A stretch of DNA of 64,000 nucleotides from Patescibacteria group bacterium (GCA_026397045.1 JAPLVO010000014.1:724-64723); one strand, 5' to 3'; shown: positions 29,293 through 39,554, numbered from the stretch's first letter. Notes: a model not told the origin generated them from the letters alone. Made by a program: numbers and translations.

Positions 29293-30413
29293 CTAATATA
29301 ATCCTTGAGTCTTTTGCTATCTTTGTGCTTACGAAGCTTTGTTAGTGCCTTGGCTTCAATTTGTCGGATTCGCTCGCGGGTTACACCGAACTCCTGCCCG
29401 ACCTCTTCGAGGGTGTGGCTGCGTCCATCTTCTAGGCCAAAGCGCATGCGCAGAATCTTTTGCTCTCGAGGAGTAAGCAGCTCCAATGTGTCATCGATAT
29501 GCTCTTTTAATAACTCATATGTCGCAGCCTCTTCGGGGCTAACAGAGTCCACATCTTTGATAAAGTCTCCAAGGCTGGAATCCTCATCCTCGCCAACTGC
29601 TGCATCCAAACTCGTGGTGTCTTGGGATATTTTAAGGATGTGATTAACCTTATCGACATCAATTTCCATTTCTGCAGCTAGTTCCTCTGGCAGCGGCTCG
29701 CGTCCGAGTTCTTGGGTAAGACGGCGCTGAGTACGGATAAGCTTATTGATTGTTTCTACCATATGTACTGGGATTCGGATAACTCTGGCTTGGTCGGCAA
29801 TGGCTCTGGTGATAGCCTGGCGAATCCACCAGGTAGCATAGGTACTGAACTTAAAGCCTTTATGATAGTCGAATTTTTCAACCGCTCTGAGTAGCCCTGT
29901 GTTACCTTCCTGGATAAGATCCAATAGGTCCAACCCACGGCCGATATATTTTTTGGCAATACTCACCACGAGTCGCATATTGGCCTCGGCCAAAGCGTCC
30001 TTTGCAGCCTTGTCGCCCTTTTCAATTCGCTTGGCTAGCGACACTTCCTCGTCAGCTGTGATGAGAGGTATCTTACCTATCTCTCGCAAATACAGCCTTA
30101 CTGAATCGTCGGCGATATCTTTTATATTAGCTTCACTGGTAGCGCTCTCAACATCTTCTTCTGGCTCGGTTTCCCAAAGCTTGTCCTTTTGATCCGTAAC
30201 CTCGATACCTTTGTCGATAAGTTTGGAGTACAAATCATCGAGCAAATCTACATTTTCCTCGGCTTCCGGAACCGTCGACTGGATCTCCTGCTGAGTAACA
30301 AAGCCCTGCTGTCGACCCTTTGCGATAAGTTTGTCTATCTCGACAGTAAAATCATTATTTTCTACTGGCTTGTCTTTAGGGCTTTCGATTGGGGCTTTAG
30401 ATTTCTTTGGCAT
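29289..30413 (-). CDS. rpoD: RNA polymerase sigma factor RpoD (sigma-70 family, primary)
   Basis: Regions 1.2-4 present; region 2.4 [27 protein letters not shown]; region 4 [27 protein letters not shown]. Confidence 0.93.
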   Translation of the reverse strand: MPKKSKAPIESPKDKPVENNDFTVEIDKLIAKGRQQGFVTQQEIQSTVPEAEENVDLLDDLYSKLIDKGIEVTDQKDKLWETEPEEDVESATSEANIKDIADDSVRLYLREIGKIPLITADEEVSLAKRIEKGDKAAKDALAEANMRLVVSIAKKYIGRGLDLLDLIQEGNTGLLRAVEKFDYHKGFKFSTYATWWIRQAITRAIADQARVIRIPVHMVETINKLIRTQRRLTQELGREPLPEELAAEMEIDVDKVNHILKISQDTTSLDAAVGEDEDSSLGDFIKDVDSVSPEEAATYELLKEHIDDTLELLTPREQKILRMRFGLEDGRSHTLEEVGQEFGVTRERIRQIEAKALTKLRKHKDSKRLKDYIS

Positions 30414-30415
30414 AG

Positions 30416-32194
30416 TTATTTATCCTCGTTTATTAGTGCTTGATACTGTCTTAAAAGTTCCTTAGATAGCTTGATATCGCCGCTCGACTCGGCTTCGTAG
30501 AGCTGTCTTGCGAGCTTTTGTTTTACAGACTGCCTATTTGTTTCTTGAACCCTTGCGACCTGGGTGAAGGCTTCGAGCCTTATATCGTGCGCCGAGAAAT
30601 CGGCGTATTGTTGTTCACCCCTTAATGCTAGTATTTTAACATAATTTTCTTGTTCAGGCAATCCTTTAACAATGCTGTCAAATTTGGCATCGGTGTTATT
30701 CTTAATCCCTTCAAAAATCGACTGATGCAGATCGGTGATTTGATCTACTTCGAGATCGTCTAGAGCTGGTGCAGCAATTGGGAAGGCCAGGCACAGCTCC
30801 AGCAGTTCTTGCTCGAGTTTTTCTGGACGAGTAAGCTTACGCTTGTCTTCTATGGGGCCATTGTCGCTATCCGCGCCGGGTAGATCTAGCGTAGAAGATA
30901 TTATTGCGGGTGCTGTGGTTTTGGTGATACTTGAATTTAGTAGCTTAAAAATGTGCTCTTCTGCTACATCGACAATCTGCGCAACTGTCTTGATATAATG
31001 CTGTGTCTCTATATCGTCTGTAAAAGATCTGATCATCGGCAAAATAAAGCTAATAAACTGCTTCTTCCCTGGAGCTGTAAGGGTGCTATATTTGGTTTTG
31101 CCTAAAGAAATCAAATAGTCAGGTGCATACATGGCCGAATCCAATGCTCTCTGCCAGCTAGTTTTATCTTTTTTTAGCATTTCATCTGGATCCTTGGCAT
31201 CATTTAAGCCAATGATGTCGATCCTTACTTCTTGCTTGCTAGCTAGCTCTATGGCGCGTAGGGTGGCGTTGACCCCTGCTTCATCGGCATCAAAGCATAA
31301 TTTAATGTTTTTGCTGAGCCTACTCAGCTGACGGACCTGCATATCAGTGAGTGCAGTGCCACTGCAGGCAACTACATTTTTATATCCAGCATTGGCCAGT
31401 GCCAGGACATCCATATTGCCCTCGACAACAACGACGCCGTCGGCCTGTCTGATTGCCTCTTTTGCCTGAGTAAGGCCATAAATAGCTAGGCTTTTATTGT
31501 ATATTGCTGTTTGAGGAGTGTTGATATATTTAGCTATTTTCTGGCTGGACAGCGTTCTGGCGCTAAAGCCGATTGTCCGGCCTTGAGCATCAAACACAGG
31601 GAACATAACACGGCCTCTAAATAGATCATAAACACTACTGCTTTTAGGGCTTTTGGCACACAACCCAGCGGCGACAAGCTCATCGTCACTAAAGCCCTTA
31701 GATCGAAGGTGGACGGTGAGAGAGTCCCAGGTATCGGGAGAAAAGCCAAGCTTAAAGTGTTTTATGGTGTCTCTTGATAAGCCTCGCTGATTGATAAAAT
31801 AACTCTTTGAATCAGCATCCTTGGACAGAGCCATGTGGAAGTAAGCCATTGCCGAATCGTTAGCCTCGAAAAGTCGATTCTTTATGCTAGTTTCCTTATT
31901 ATTGCCAAATTTGCGTGGCTTCAAGGCCACCCCCGCCCTTTTGGCTAGCATTTCAAGAGCCTCAGGGAAGCTCACACCTTCAACCTCCATAACAAAGCCA
32001 ATAACATCGCCTCCCCTATTAGAGCTAAAATCATGCCAGATATTCTTTTCTGGGCTGACAATAAATGATGGAGTCTTTTCAGTCTTAAAGGGGCTTAACC
32101 CCTTAAAGCTTCGTCCCATCTGCTTAAGCTGGACATAACCCCCAATCACCTCCACAATATCTAGCCTACTTTTTACTTCATCTACATCGTTCAT
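30416..32194 (-). CDS. dnaG: DNA primase DnaG (zinc-binding domain lacks all four Zn ligands)
   Basis: TOPRIM domain (…[13 protein letters not shown]…) and RNA-polymerase domain. The N-terminal ZBD-like motif is [11 protein letters not shown]...HDFSSNRGG where CPFHxEKTPSF...CFGCGxxG is expected. Start set at MNDVDEV because the upstream part of the ORF overlaps a terminator hairpin. Confidence 0.88.
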   Translation of the reverse strand: MNDVDEVKSRLDIVEVIGGYVQLKQMGRSFKGLSPFKTEKTPSFIVSPEKNIWHDFSSNRGGDVIGFVMEVEGVSFPEALEMLAKRAGVALKPRKFGNNKETSIKNRLFEANDSAMAYFHMALSKDADSKSYFINQRGLSRDTIKHFKLGFSPDTWDSLTVHLRSKGFSDDELVAAGLCAKSPKSSSVYDLFRGRVMFPVFDAQGRTIGFSARTLSSQKIAKYINTPQTAIYNKSLAIYGLTQAKEAIRQADGVVVVEGNMDVLALANAGYKNVVACSGTALTDMQVRQLSRLSKNIKLCFDADEAGVNATLRAIELASKQEVRIDIIGLNDAKDPDEMLKKDKTSWQRALDSAMYAPDYLISLGKTKYSTLTAPGKKQFISFILPMIRSFTDDIETQHYIKTVAQIVDVAEEHIFKLLNSSITKTTAPAIISSTLDLPGADSDNGPIEDKRKLTRPEKLEQELLELCLAFPIAAPALDDLEVDQITDLHQSIFEGIKNNTDAKFDSIVKGLPEQENYVKILALRGEQQYADFSAHDIRLEAFTQVARVQETNRQSVKQKLARQLYEAESSGDIKLSKELLRQYQALINEDK

Positions 32195-32253
32195 AGAACC
32201 ATTATAACCTTTTATCCGAAATAGGATGAAATATATTACTCTCAACCAAATTA

Positions 32254-32290
32254 AATACCGGCCCACAATGAAGTAGGCCGGTATTTTTTG
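32254..32290. terminator. 10-bp hairpin AATACCGGCC-N12-GGCCGGTATT + T-run between the 183-aa gene and dnaG
   Basis: Perfect inverted repeat followed by TTTTTTG on + and a T-rich tract on the minus strand; likely terminates the upstream minus-strand gene. Confidence 0.45.
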
Positions 32291-32295
32291 AACTG

Positions 32296-32847
32296 CTAAT
32301 CTTGAATGCCCTGCATAAGCCTGCGACGATTACGGACTTTGCGATCCCTTCGGTCGGCAGCTTTAGACACTACGGCATCATTTCGGCTTCGGGCAATAGC
32401 GTCTTTGGCTTTGCCCAAGTCCTTGGTATCGATAGACAGTATTGTGAAATTACTATTGTGGTATCTATTACGGGTTCCTCTGTACAGAAACCCCAAGATC
32501 AGATCCAGTTCTTTATTGGTATAATTGTCTTTCTGATCCCACTCAGATACATACAGCCGAGCAAAATCCATAGCGGTGTTGTCGATATCATAGCTAGATG
32601 CTTTGATATAACGGCCTCTATATTGGAGTTGTTCAAGCAATGAAAGTACTTTTACTTTATCGTTATCGGTAACTCTGATTTCCCCGCTATCTTCGTAGCG
32701 ACTAAATATCACTGATAGCAAAAGACTGCGTATTATATCTTTATCAGCAGAATGGTAGTTGGTGATATCTGGCCAGCTATTAAGCCAGCGGTCGATGAAG
32801 CAAAGTGTAACTTCATTAAATGAATTAGCTATATATTTTTTGGACAT
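32296..32847 (-). CDS. Hypothetical protein with Arg-rich C-terminal tail (upstream of dnaG-rpoD)
   Basis: 183-aa ORF; C-terminus ...AADRRDRKVRNRRRLMQGIQD; no family recognised. Confidence 0.5.
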   Translation of the reverse strand: MSKKYIANSFNEVTLCFIDRWLNSWPDITNYHSADKDIIRSLLLSVIFSRYEDSGEIRVTDNDKVKVLSLLEQLQYRGRYIKASSYDIDNTAMDFARLYVSEWDQKDNYTNKELDLILGFLYRGTRNRYHNSNFTILSIDTKDLGKAKDAIARSRNDAVVSKAADRRDRKVRNRRRLMQGIQD

Positions 32848-32924
32848 TTAGCCCCCCGTTGGTTCGAGTGAATACACTGTTGTTTCCACCTGATAACAAA
32901 GTTACTATATTTGCTGCACCTTTA

Positions 32925-32975
32925 CAATAAAAACTGAATAAATTTTTAGGGCGCCTGGGAAATCCAGGCGCCCCG
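32925..32975 (-). terminator. Strong rho-independent terminator (GGGCGCCTGG-GAAAT-CCAGGCGCCC followed by a U-rich tract on the minus strand)
   Basis: Perfect 10-bp GC stem at 32949-32973 in an AT-rich context, immediately downstream of the 99-aa minus-strand gene. Confidence 0.75.
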
Positions 32976-32981
32976 GCGGGA

Positions 32982-33281
32982 TCATCTAAAACTTGGCAAT
33001 ATTTCTGCCTCCTTGTTTCTGAATTTGTCCTTTAGGAACCTAAGCTCCCTTCGCAAGTCGTCCTCTGTAATAAAGTATCTTTGGGTGATCTCCCAATTTC
33101 TCTTTACTACTCCAGTTACACTCGAGCACAAATGCTCAAAAACTTGCTCTTCCCCAATCTTTGCTACTATCTTGTCAAACAGAGCCTTAATCTCTAGGGT
33201 TTTACCCTTGAGGGCCTCAACTTTAGCCTTCACGGCTTTTTTGCCTTCCTCTTCTATATAAAAGGTATTTACCATGGACAA
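32982..33281 (-). CDS. Hypothetical helical protein (99 aa)
   Basis: ORF with its own terminator; Lys/Glu-rich, likely coiled/helical; no family recognised. Confidence 0.5.
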   Translation of the reverse strand: MSMVNTFYIEEEGKKAVKAKVEALKGKTLEIKALFDKIVAKIGEEQVFEHLCSSVTGVVKRNWEITQRYFITEDDLRRELRFLKDKFRNKEAEILPSFR

Positions 33282-33341
33282 AAATTCCCTTCCTTATGGG
33301 TGAACAAAAATATTACCACATGCAAGAGGAATCGGCAATGA

Positions 33342-34721
33342 CTATTTCCAGCGCCAGGTATCGAGGATATTCTTGGTTACTGTCTTGTCGAACTCTTCCT
33401 GATAAGAAGTGACAATATCTGTACCTGTCACTGCCTTACCCTCCTGCTGATATGTCTTACCAAGCACCAAGGATATAACTCTGGAATATGTACGCCCATC
33501 AGTAGATTTATATATAAACTGCTTAGCGTCTGAGCCATCTAGCTTTATAATTTCTTTTGACAAAACAGTGATAGAAGGCTCTACGATGGCGGCAAACTCA
33601 TCTAGGTTCTTATAATCATCTGTGATTGTATTTACAGTAATTTTGCTAGTTTTGAATTTACCAAAAGTGGCATCCTCAAAACTACAAACTGTATCTGTAG
33701 GAACAGTGTTGGGGTTATATATTGCGAAAGTATAACATTGCTTGTCGATTGTTACATATCCTTCAGGAGGAGTGGCAGGTGGCGATACTGTAGGCGTTTC
33801 TACTGCTGGTTCTTCAGCCGGTGGAGGCTCTACTACCTGGGGAATATCCTGGACATCAGATTGCTTTGGTCCAGAGCTAGCGATAACGACAATTGCTATG
33901 ATAATAATAACCAAGCCCATGATTGCTCCAGCTATTATAAATATTATTTTCTTGTTACTACCGGCCGAAGAGTCCTGAGGCATTTCGGTTTCCATATTAG
34001 CCATAAGAGGATCAATACCACCTAAATTTGGATCCATTCCGCTTGATTGTATTGGCTGATCCATAGAAGCTACGGCTGGCCCAAGATCAGATGCACCTGG
34101 AAGCCCACTATAGCTCACGGGCTGGACCGGCAAATCTTGTTGAGGCCCAGGCATTGGCACAAAAGGAACTGGTTCGTTGGGTGGTAGCTGGGGTGCCAAT
34201 GCAGGTTCGGCTGAAGGCACCGGTAAAGGAGCCGGAGCTGGAAGTGGCGGAAGGATGGCTGGCTGCCCAATAGCAGGGTCTGCAGATGGAGCCTCAACTC
34301 CCGGCGCTGGCACTGAGGCTTGCTCAAAGTCATTGTTCATCGCTGTTAAGCCTGGATCCGAGGCTGGAGGTTCAATAGTATTTGGAATTGGTGATTCGGT
34401 AGGCACACCCAAAACATTTGGAGCAGCTTGCGGGGTACCTGGCACCGTGCCCTCAACACCCTGTTCTGGCTTAGCATAAAGCGCCGAGGTATCAGAGGCA
34501 GCTGTTTGTTGCCATTCGGGCTGAGGCGAAGTATCTGGCTGAAAAGTAGTGCCAGCAGACACAGGGGCTGGCTGGCCATCAGTAGCATCAGCTTGGGGGC
34601 TAGCAGCTGTTGGCTGGGGAATAGAAGTTAGAATGATCCCAGAATCGGAAGGATCTACTTGGGGAGTAGATGTGTTCGATTGCACTTGGCTAATTGGGAA
34701 GTCATTATCTTGCGGTTGCAT
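33342..34721 (-). CDS. Bitopic membrane protein: long Pro/Gln/Ala-rich disordered N-terminus, single TM, C-terminal globular (extracytoplasmic) domain
   Basis: 459 aa; TM KKIIFIIAGAIMGLVIIIIAIVVIASS preceded by KK (N-in); a C-terminal roughly 190-aa ordered domain. Confidence 0.6.
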   Translation of the reverse strand: MQPQDNDFPISQVQSNTSTPQVDPSDSGIILTSIPQPTAASPQADATDGQPAPVSAGTTFQPDTSPQPEWQQTAASDTSALYAKPEQGVEGTVPGTPQAAPNVLGVPTESPIPNTIEPPASDPGLTAMNNDFEQASVPAPGVEAPSADPAIGQPAILPPLPAPAPLPVPSAEPALAPQLPPNEPVPFVPMPGPQQDLPVQPVSYSGLPGASDLGPAVASMDQPIQSSGMDPNLGGIDPLMANMETEMPQDSSAGSNKKIIFIIAGAIMGLVIIIIAIVVIASSGPKQSDVQDIPQVVEPPPAEEPAVETPTVSPPATPPEGYVTIDKQCYTFAIYNPNTVPTDTVCSFEDATFGKFKTSKITVNTITDDYKNLDEFAAIVEPSITVLSKEIIKLDGSDAKQFIYKSTDGRTYSRVISLVLGKTYQQEGKAVTGTDIVTSYQEEFDKTVTKNILDTWRWK

Positions 34722-34765
34722 AGTTAGGTACTAGTATAAACAACCTTTGTGTATTTCGCTAGTGC

Positions 34766-35560
34766 TTAGATCAAATTTAGTGTTAAGCACTTGACTCCTC
34801 CACCCGATTTTCGGAATTCCAGTATTGATGTTCCGATTACCACAAACCCCGCAAGCCGGTATTTATCGAGTAAGCTGTGCGATTCATCGCTAGTAATGAT
34901 GGTTTTACCATCGCTTACGGCGTTCAAGCCAAAGCCTTTGGCCTCCTCAAGAGTGGCTTCGATAATGTTAGGTATTGCATCTTTTAGCTTTTTCTGGCTA
35001 TCTTCATCGAGTGCGCCAGGATAATACGCCACCGTGTCATCAGATAATACTGCAAGCGAAGTATCGAGATGATAGAAGTTTGGATCTATAATCTTCAAGC
35101 TCACCACTTCACAGCCAAAGTATTCGCGCATTTCGTCGGCAGCTTTGATGTCCGAGCGAAAGCCATGCCCAGCCAGAATCTTATCTCCGCACAGTAAGTT
35201 ATCTCCTCCACCCTCGAATAAATTTTCGGCCTGTTTGGTATTCGTAAAGCCATTGCCCTGTAGCCACCTGCTAAAATGAGCTGTCTCGGGCTGCCGCTCT
35301 GGGTATCGAAACCTACTCAAGAGAATCTTGCCGTCTTTTATAAGGCAGCAGTCGGTCGCAAACACCATGTCCGGTAAACCCTTGATTGGTTCAATAAGAT
35401 TTACATTCCAGCCAAGCTTATTTTTATAAATACTATATAAATCTTGCCACTGCTTTGCTACCAAATCATCATTAACCTCATTATTGGTATGCATCCAAGA
35501 GTTAATCTCATATTCGATGCCAAAGTATTTCGGTGCACACATTAGGATATTTTTTTTCAT
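34766..35560 (-). CDS. Amidinotransferase-superfamily hydrolase (DDAH/arginine-deiminase-like)
   Basis: 264 aa; C-terminal nucleophile motif SGGGVKCLTL and ...HLDTSL..., characteristic of the guanidino-group-modifying enzyme fold. Confidence 0.55.
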   Translation of the reverse strand: MKKNILMCAPKYFGIEYEINSWMHTNNEVNDDLVAKQWQDLYSIYKNKLGWNVNLIEPIKGLPDMVFATDCCLIKDGKILLSRFRYPERQPETAHFSRWLQGNGFTNTKQAENLFEGGGDNLLCGDKILAGHGFRSDIKAADEMREYFGCEVVSLKIIDPNFYHLDTSLAVLSDDTVAYYPGALDEDSQKKLKDAIPNIIEATLEEAKGFGLNAVSDGKTIITSDESHSLLDKYRLAGFVVIGTSILEFRKSGGGVKCLTLNLI

Positions 35561-35578
35561 CTTGCCAATTATAACAGC

Positions 35579-36937
35579 TTGGGCTTTATATATAAGTGGC
35601 TATCAGGCTATAATAGAGGCATGAAAAAGACACTTAAAAAAGTTGTTCAGCCAATCATTCCCAAATCATTGATCAACTTTTTTCATTACACTGAATCCAT
35701 TGCGGCTGCTCAGAAGTACAAAAAGCCTAGCGAAGGCATGATAGTTATTGGTATTGTCGGCAGCAAAGGCAAAACCACTACTGCCAATATGCTTTGGTCC
35801 ATACTTAGTGCCGATGGCAATAAGGTTGGCCTAATCGGCACTGCAAACATTCGCTACGGCAACAAAGAAGAAATGAATCCCTACCATATGACTCTGCCCG
35901 GGGCGTTTGTCACTCAAAAGATCCTAGCCAAGATGGCTAGCATGAAATGCAAGTATGTGGTTATGGAAGTCCCCTCCGAGGGCCAGACTCAATATCGGCA
36001 TGTTGGAATTAATTTTGATGTTTTGGTATTTACCAATGTCACCAAGGAACTAATGGCGGCACACGACTTTAGCATGGAAACTTTGCACAAACACAACAAG
36101 CGTGTGTTTAAGCACCTCACCCACTCCAAGCGAAAGACCATTGATCTTGCCCGCACCCCCAAGATGATTATCGCTAATACCGACAACAAGCACGCCAAAG
36201 ATTATTTAATTTTCCAGGCAGATAAAAAGCTAACATTCGGAACCAAGGCCGATGCCGATTACAAAATTACTAGTCTAGCCGACACCCAAAGTGGAATTAG
36301 CTTTGACATCGACAAGTCCAGCTATAAGGTAAAGATATTAGGTAAAATAAACGCCATTAATGCTGCCGGTGCAATCGCTACCGCATCGGCCCTAGGTACT
36401 AACAAAAAAGCCATTTCTACAGGCCTGAGCAAGCTCCCAACCATACCTGGCCGCATGGAAGTTATTGAAGGCAAACAGCCCTTTACCGTGGTGGTCGATT
36501 ACGCCCACGAGCAAGCCAGCATGACTGCACTTATGGAAAGTGCTAAAGATATCAAACCCAAAAGCGCTAAAGTCATTACCCTACTCGGTGCCGAAGGTGG
36601 TGGCCGCGATAGTGCCAAGCGCCCCGCAATGGGCGAAATCTGTGCCAAGGGTTCGGACATAATTATCTTAAGCAATGTCGACCCATACGAAGACGACCCG
36701 ATAGACATTATTAATGACATCAAAAAAGGCGCCCTTAAGGCTGGTGCCAAAGAAGGCAAAAGTATGTTTATAGTCCCCGACCGCCGTGAAGGTATCCGCA
36801 AAGCCCTGCAGCTAGCCAAAAAAGATGATTTAGTTTTAATTACCGGCAAAGGCGCGGAACAATCAATTGTGATTGGTGGCAAATCCAGCCCTTGGGATGA
36901 CAGAAAAGTTGTTCGCGAAGAATTAAAAAGCTTATAA
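35579..36937 (+). CDS. Mur ligase family protein (MurE/MurT-like)
   Basis: ATP-binding P-loop GIVGSKGKTTTANML, central and C-terminal Mur ligase domains. ORF-track start is TTG 35579; an alternative is ATG 35621 immediately after a TATAAT box (possibly leaderless). Confidence 0.75.
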   Translation: MGFIYKWLSGYNRGMKKTLKKVVQPIIPKSLINFFHYTESIAAAQKYKKPSEGMIVIGIVGSKGKTTTANMLWSILSADGNKVGLIGTANIRYGNKEEMNPYHMTLPGAFVTQKILAKMASMKCKYVVMEVPSEGQTQYRHVGINFDVLVFTNVTKELMAAHDFSMETLHKHNKRVFKHLTHSKRKTIDLARTPKMIIANTDNKHAKDYLIFQADKKLTFGTKADADYKITSLADTQSGISFDIDKSSYKVKILGKINAINAAGAIATASALGTNKKAISTGLSKLPTIPGRMEVIEGKQPFTVVVDYAHEQASMTALMESAKDIKPKSAKVITLLGAEGGGRDSAKRPAMGEICAKGSDIIILSNVDPYEDDPIDIINDIKKGALKAGAKEGKSMFIVPDRREGIRKALQLAKKDDLVLITGKGAEQSIVIGGKSSPWDDRKVVREELKSL

Positions 36938-37315
36938 ATTAGAGTCTAAGAATACTTTTAACTCTTTTAGGTCTCGCTTCGAACAATCATAAAACATCGT
37001 TTTAATACCAGCCTGCGTAGCAACTTCGGCAGCTTCTTTATTGTGTTCAAAATAAACAACTTCACTGGGCTTTAAATTATATTTATTAAGTAATATTTCA
37101 AAATATTTTGAGTCCGTCTTTTCTGGGTCATGCTTAAGAGTAAAAACTTCGTAAGGAGATCTGTTCAAATTAAACTCTTTGAACTGTTCATCGTTAGCAC
37201 CCGTCAAAACTAATTTTGGATTTGGATATTTTTCTAAAAGTTGATGCATTTCTTCAAAGACAGTTCCGTCTTTAAGTATAAGGCCATCGATTGCATCTAC
37301 GAGTATTGTTTTCAT
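36932..37315 (-). CDS. Small HAD-like/hypothetical protein
   Basis: 127-aa ORF, 4-nt overlap with trhO upstream; weak HAD-like pattern. Confidence 0.4.
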   Translation of the reverse strand: MKTILVDAIDGLILKDGTVFEEMHQLLEKYPNPKLVLTGANDEQFKEFNLNRSPYEVFTLKHDPEKTDSKYFEILLNKYNLKPSEVVYFEHNKEAAEVATQAGIKTMFYDCSKRDLKELKVFLDSNL

Positions 37316-38181
37316 TTTTTTGCTAGATCCTTAATAGCTGCAGGGCAGAGTCCATTATGCAACTCGTCGCAGCCCTTGCAGCAAATGAATAACTGGTGGC
37401 AGTCTGGCTTGGCACAATCAATGTAGCGATCGCTCGCCTTTTTACAATGTGTGCATGTGCCTAAAACCTTTTCGCCGCTTTTGGTGTCGGTATTAGTAAC
37501 CATTCGGTCATCAAACACGAAGTTTTTGCCCTTAAAGTAACCATCTGGATACTTCTCGAGATACTTTACAATTCCGCCCTCGAGCTGGTAAACATCGGTA
37601 AAACCCTCTTCGGCAAGAAGTGCTGTGGCCTTTTCGCAGCGGATTCCACCAGTGCAATAAGTTACAACCTTTTTATCTTTATCTATCTTGAGGTTTTTAA
37701 CCTTTTCGGGTAACTCATAAAACTTGACCGTACCAGGCTGAATCGCACCGTCAAACCTACCCACCTCGTACTCATAATTATTACGCATATCCACCATTAC
37801 CACATCTTCGCCCTGTTCGAAAAGCTCATGCATTTGTTCGGGGCTAAGATACTTGCCAGTCTTTTTAAGATCCACATCTTTTCCAAGCGTCACAATTTCT
37901 GAGCGGTATTTAACGATCATTTTCGGAAACGGCATTTTTGGTGCGGTTGATCGCTTGAATACAATACCCCTAAAGTCTGGGTGCTTATCCATATATTCGG
38001 TATATTCGTTGAGCTGGGCGCGAGTTCCAGCCACGGTTCCGTTGATGCCTTCATCGCCAATAAGGATTCGGCCCTTCAGGCCAATCCCCTTGCAAACTAG
38101 CTTGTGCTGTTTGGCTTCAAACTTCGCATCTTTTAGCGGAGTGAATTTATAATATAGTAGTACAAAAATATTGCTCGACAT
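37312..38181 (-). CDS. trhO: Rhodanese-domain tRNA uridine(34) hydroxylase TrhO (UPF0176/YceA)
   Basis: Rhodanese active-site loop CTGGIRCEKA; UPF0176 N-terminal domain; Cys-rich C-terminus. Confidence 0.85.
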   Translation of the reverse strand: MSSNIFVLLYYKFTPLKDAKFEAKQHKLVCKGIGLKGRILIGDEGINGTVAGTRAQLNEYTEYMDKHPDFRGIVFKRSTAPKMPFPKMIVKYRSEIVTLGKDVDLKKTGKYLSPEQMHELFEQGEDVVMVDMRNNYEYEVGRFDGAIQPGTVKFYELPEKVKNLKIDKDKKVVTYCTGGIRCEKATALLAEEGFTDVYQLEGGIVKYLEKYPDGYFKGKNFVFDDRMVTNTDTKSGEKVLGTCTHCKKASDRYIDCAKPDCHQLFICCKGCDELHNGLCPAAIKDLAKK

Positions 38182-38223
38182 AATGTGCGATTATAGCAAA
38201 ATACCAGCTTTAAGGCCAGGCAG

Positions 38224-38949
38224 CTACTTGATTAGCTTCTGCTCAAGGTCTGTCGAATAAACTCCAGTTTCTATTAGCCAAGCCTGCAGGGCCCTATCTA
38301 GGCCTGCGAGTATCGCAAGCCCTACTATTATCAGAAATACCCCTAGGAGTCTTTTGAATAAGCCATTAGGGTCCTCTAGCCAGCTGAACTTGCGTATTAA
38401 TACCTGCCCAAACTTAGCCACCAGAAGAAGTACTAAACACAAACCAAATGCATAGGCCATGACATATAATAATCCCTTGGCGAAGTTGGCGGGTAATGCC
38501 ACTGATAGTATTAATAAATATACAGGGCTGCAGCTACTAAATACCGGCCCAAGCGCTGCTCCAACCATAATTGCTCCTACTAAACCACCCTTTTTGTATC
38601 CTTTGCCGAGAAACTTATTGGAACTAGCATAGAGACCTAATCGTGATTGGAGTTTTTCCCATAACATAGGCAATGCCATTGAAACACCAAATAATACAAT
38701 GATTGAGCCCGAAAGGTAGCTCCAGAATGCGGTTGGTACGCCTATCAGGACGGTACTGGCCTTGAGTATTAAGGTAAATACTATAATTGACACAAACAGC
38801 GAGAGTACAATAATAAAAGGTCTGTTTTTATCCTTGCTAGCCACCGAACCTCCTAAGATAACCGGCACAATAGGTAGTACACAAGGGGCAAATGCAGTAA
38901 GCATCCCCGCTAAGAGCGATATAAAAAGGAAGCTAATTAGCTCTAGCAT
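38224..38949 (-). CDS. ccdA: Cytochrome c-type biogenesis / thiol-disulfide electron transporter CcdA (DsbD beta domain)
   Basis: Six-TM protein with the conserved Cys pair (…AFAPCVLPIVPV… and …FSSCSPVYL…). Confidence 0.85.
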   Translation of the reverse strand: MLELISFLFISLLAGMLTAFAPCVLPIVPVILGGSVASKDKNRPFIIVLSLFVSIIVFTLILKASTVLIGVPTAFWSYLSGSIIVLFGVSMALPMLWEKLQSRLGLYASSNKFLGKGYKKGGLVGAIMVGAALGPVFSSCSPVYLLILSVALPANFAKGLLYVMAYAFGLCLVLLLVAKFGQVLIRKFSWLEDPNGLFKRLLGVFLIIVGLAILAGLDRALQAWLIETGVYSTDLEQKLIK

Positions 38950-39554
38950 CAGCTCTTTATTTGGCTGGCTACTTCATTGGCAGTATCACTACCAGACCAT
39001 TTATTTATTAGCTTCCCATCGCTATCTACCTGGACAAAAGTGTGCTGAAATGTAACGCCGTATTTTTTTCTAAGTTCGATGTTCTTGTCATAATCAACGC
39101 TAAGGATTGTAAGATTATTGGGTATGGGGTTACTACTAAAGCTCGCATTTGCTTTCTGACACTCGGAGCACCATTTGGCATTAAAAAACAACACCACGCT
39201 AGAATCACTAGCCTTGGATAACTTCGAGCTGTCATATTGCTCATATACTCCAGGACTATCGGCCTTAGCACTACTAGCTATTGGCTCATCGGATTTGGGC
39301 GATTCCGAAATGGTGCCCTCAGAGATCGTATTGCTGTCTTTGGGATCTGGCTTATTGGTGCTAGAACTCACAACGATAAATCCCCCAACCAATAACAGCA
39401 GGGCAAATGCAGCCACCAAGGCATATTTATTTCTCTTCAAAATATTTTTAATCTTATTCATAGCGCGTATTATACATGAGAAGTACTGATAAAACGAACT
39501 ATACTTAGCTTGAAACTTAGCTGTATTTCTGTTAAAACTATTAGCGATGCTCAC
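38949..39554 (-). CDS. Membrane-anchored thioredoxin-like thiol-disulfide oxidoreductase (TlpA/ResA-like)
   Basis: N-terminal TM, then a thioredoxin fold with the WCSECQ active site; adjacent to ccdA (its expected redox partner). Confidence 0.8.
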   Translation of the reverse strand: MSIANSFNRNTAKFQAKYSSFYQYFSCIIRAMNKIKNILKRNKYALVAAFALLLLVGGFIVVSSSTNKPDPKDSNTISEGTISESPKSDEPIASSAKADSPGVYEQYDSSKLSKASDSSVVLFFNAKWCSECQKANASFSSNPIPNNLTILSVDYDKNIELRKKYGVTFQHTFVQVDSDGKLINKWSGSDTANEVASQIKS

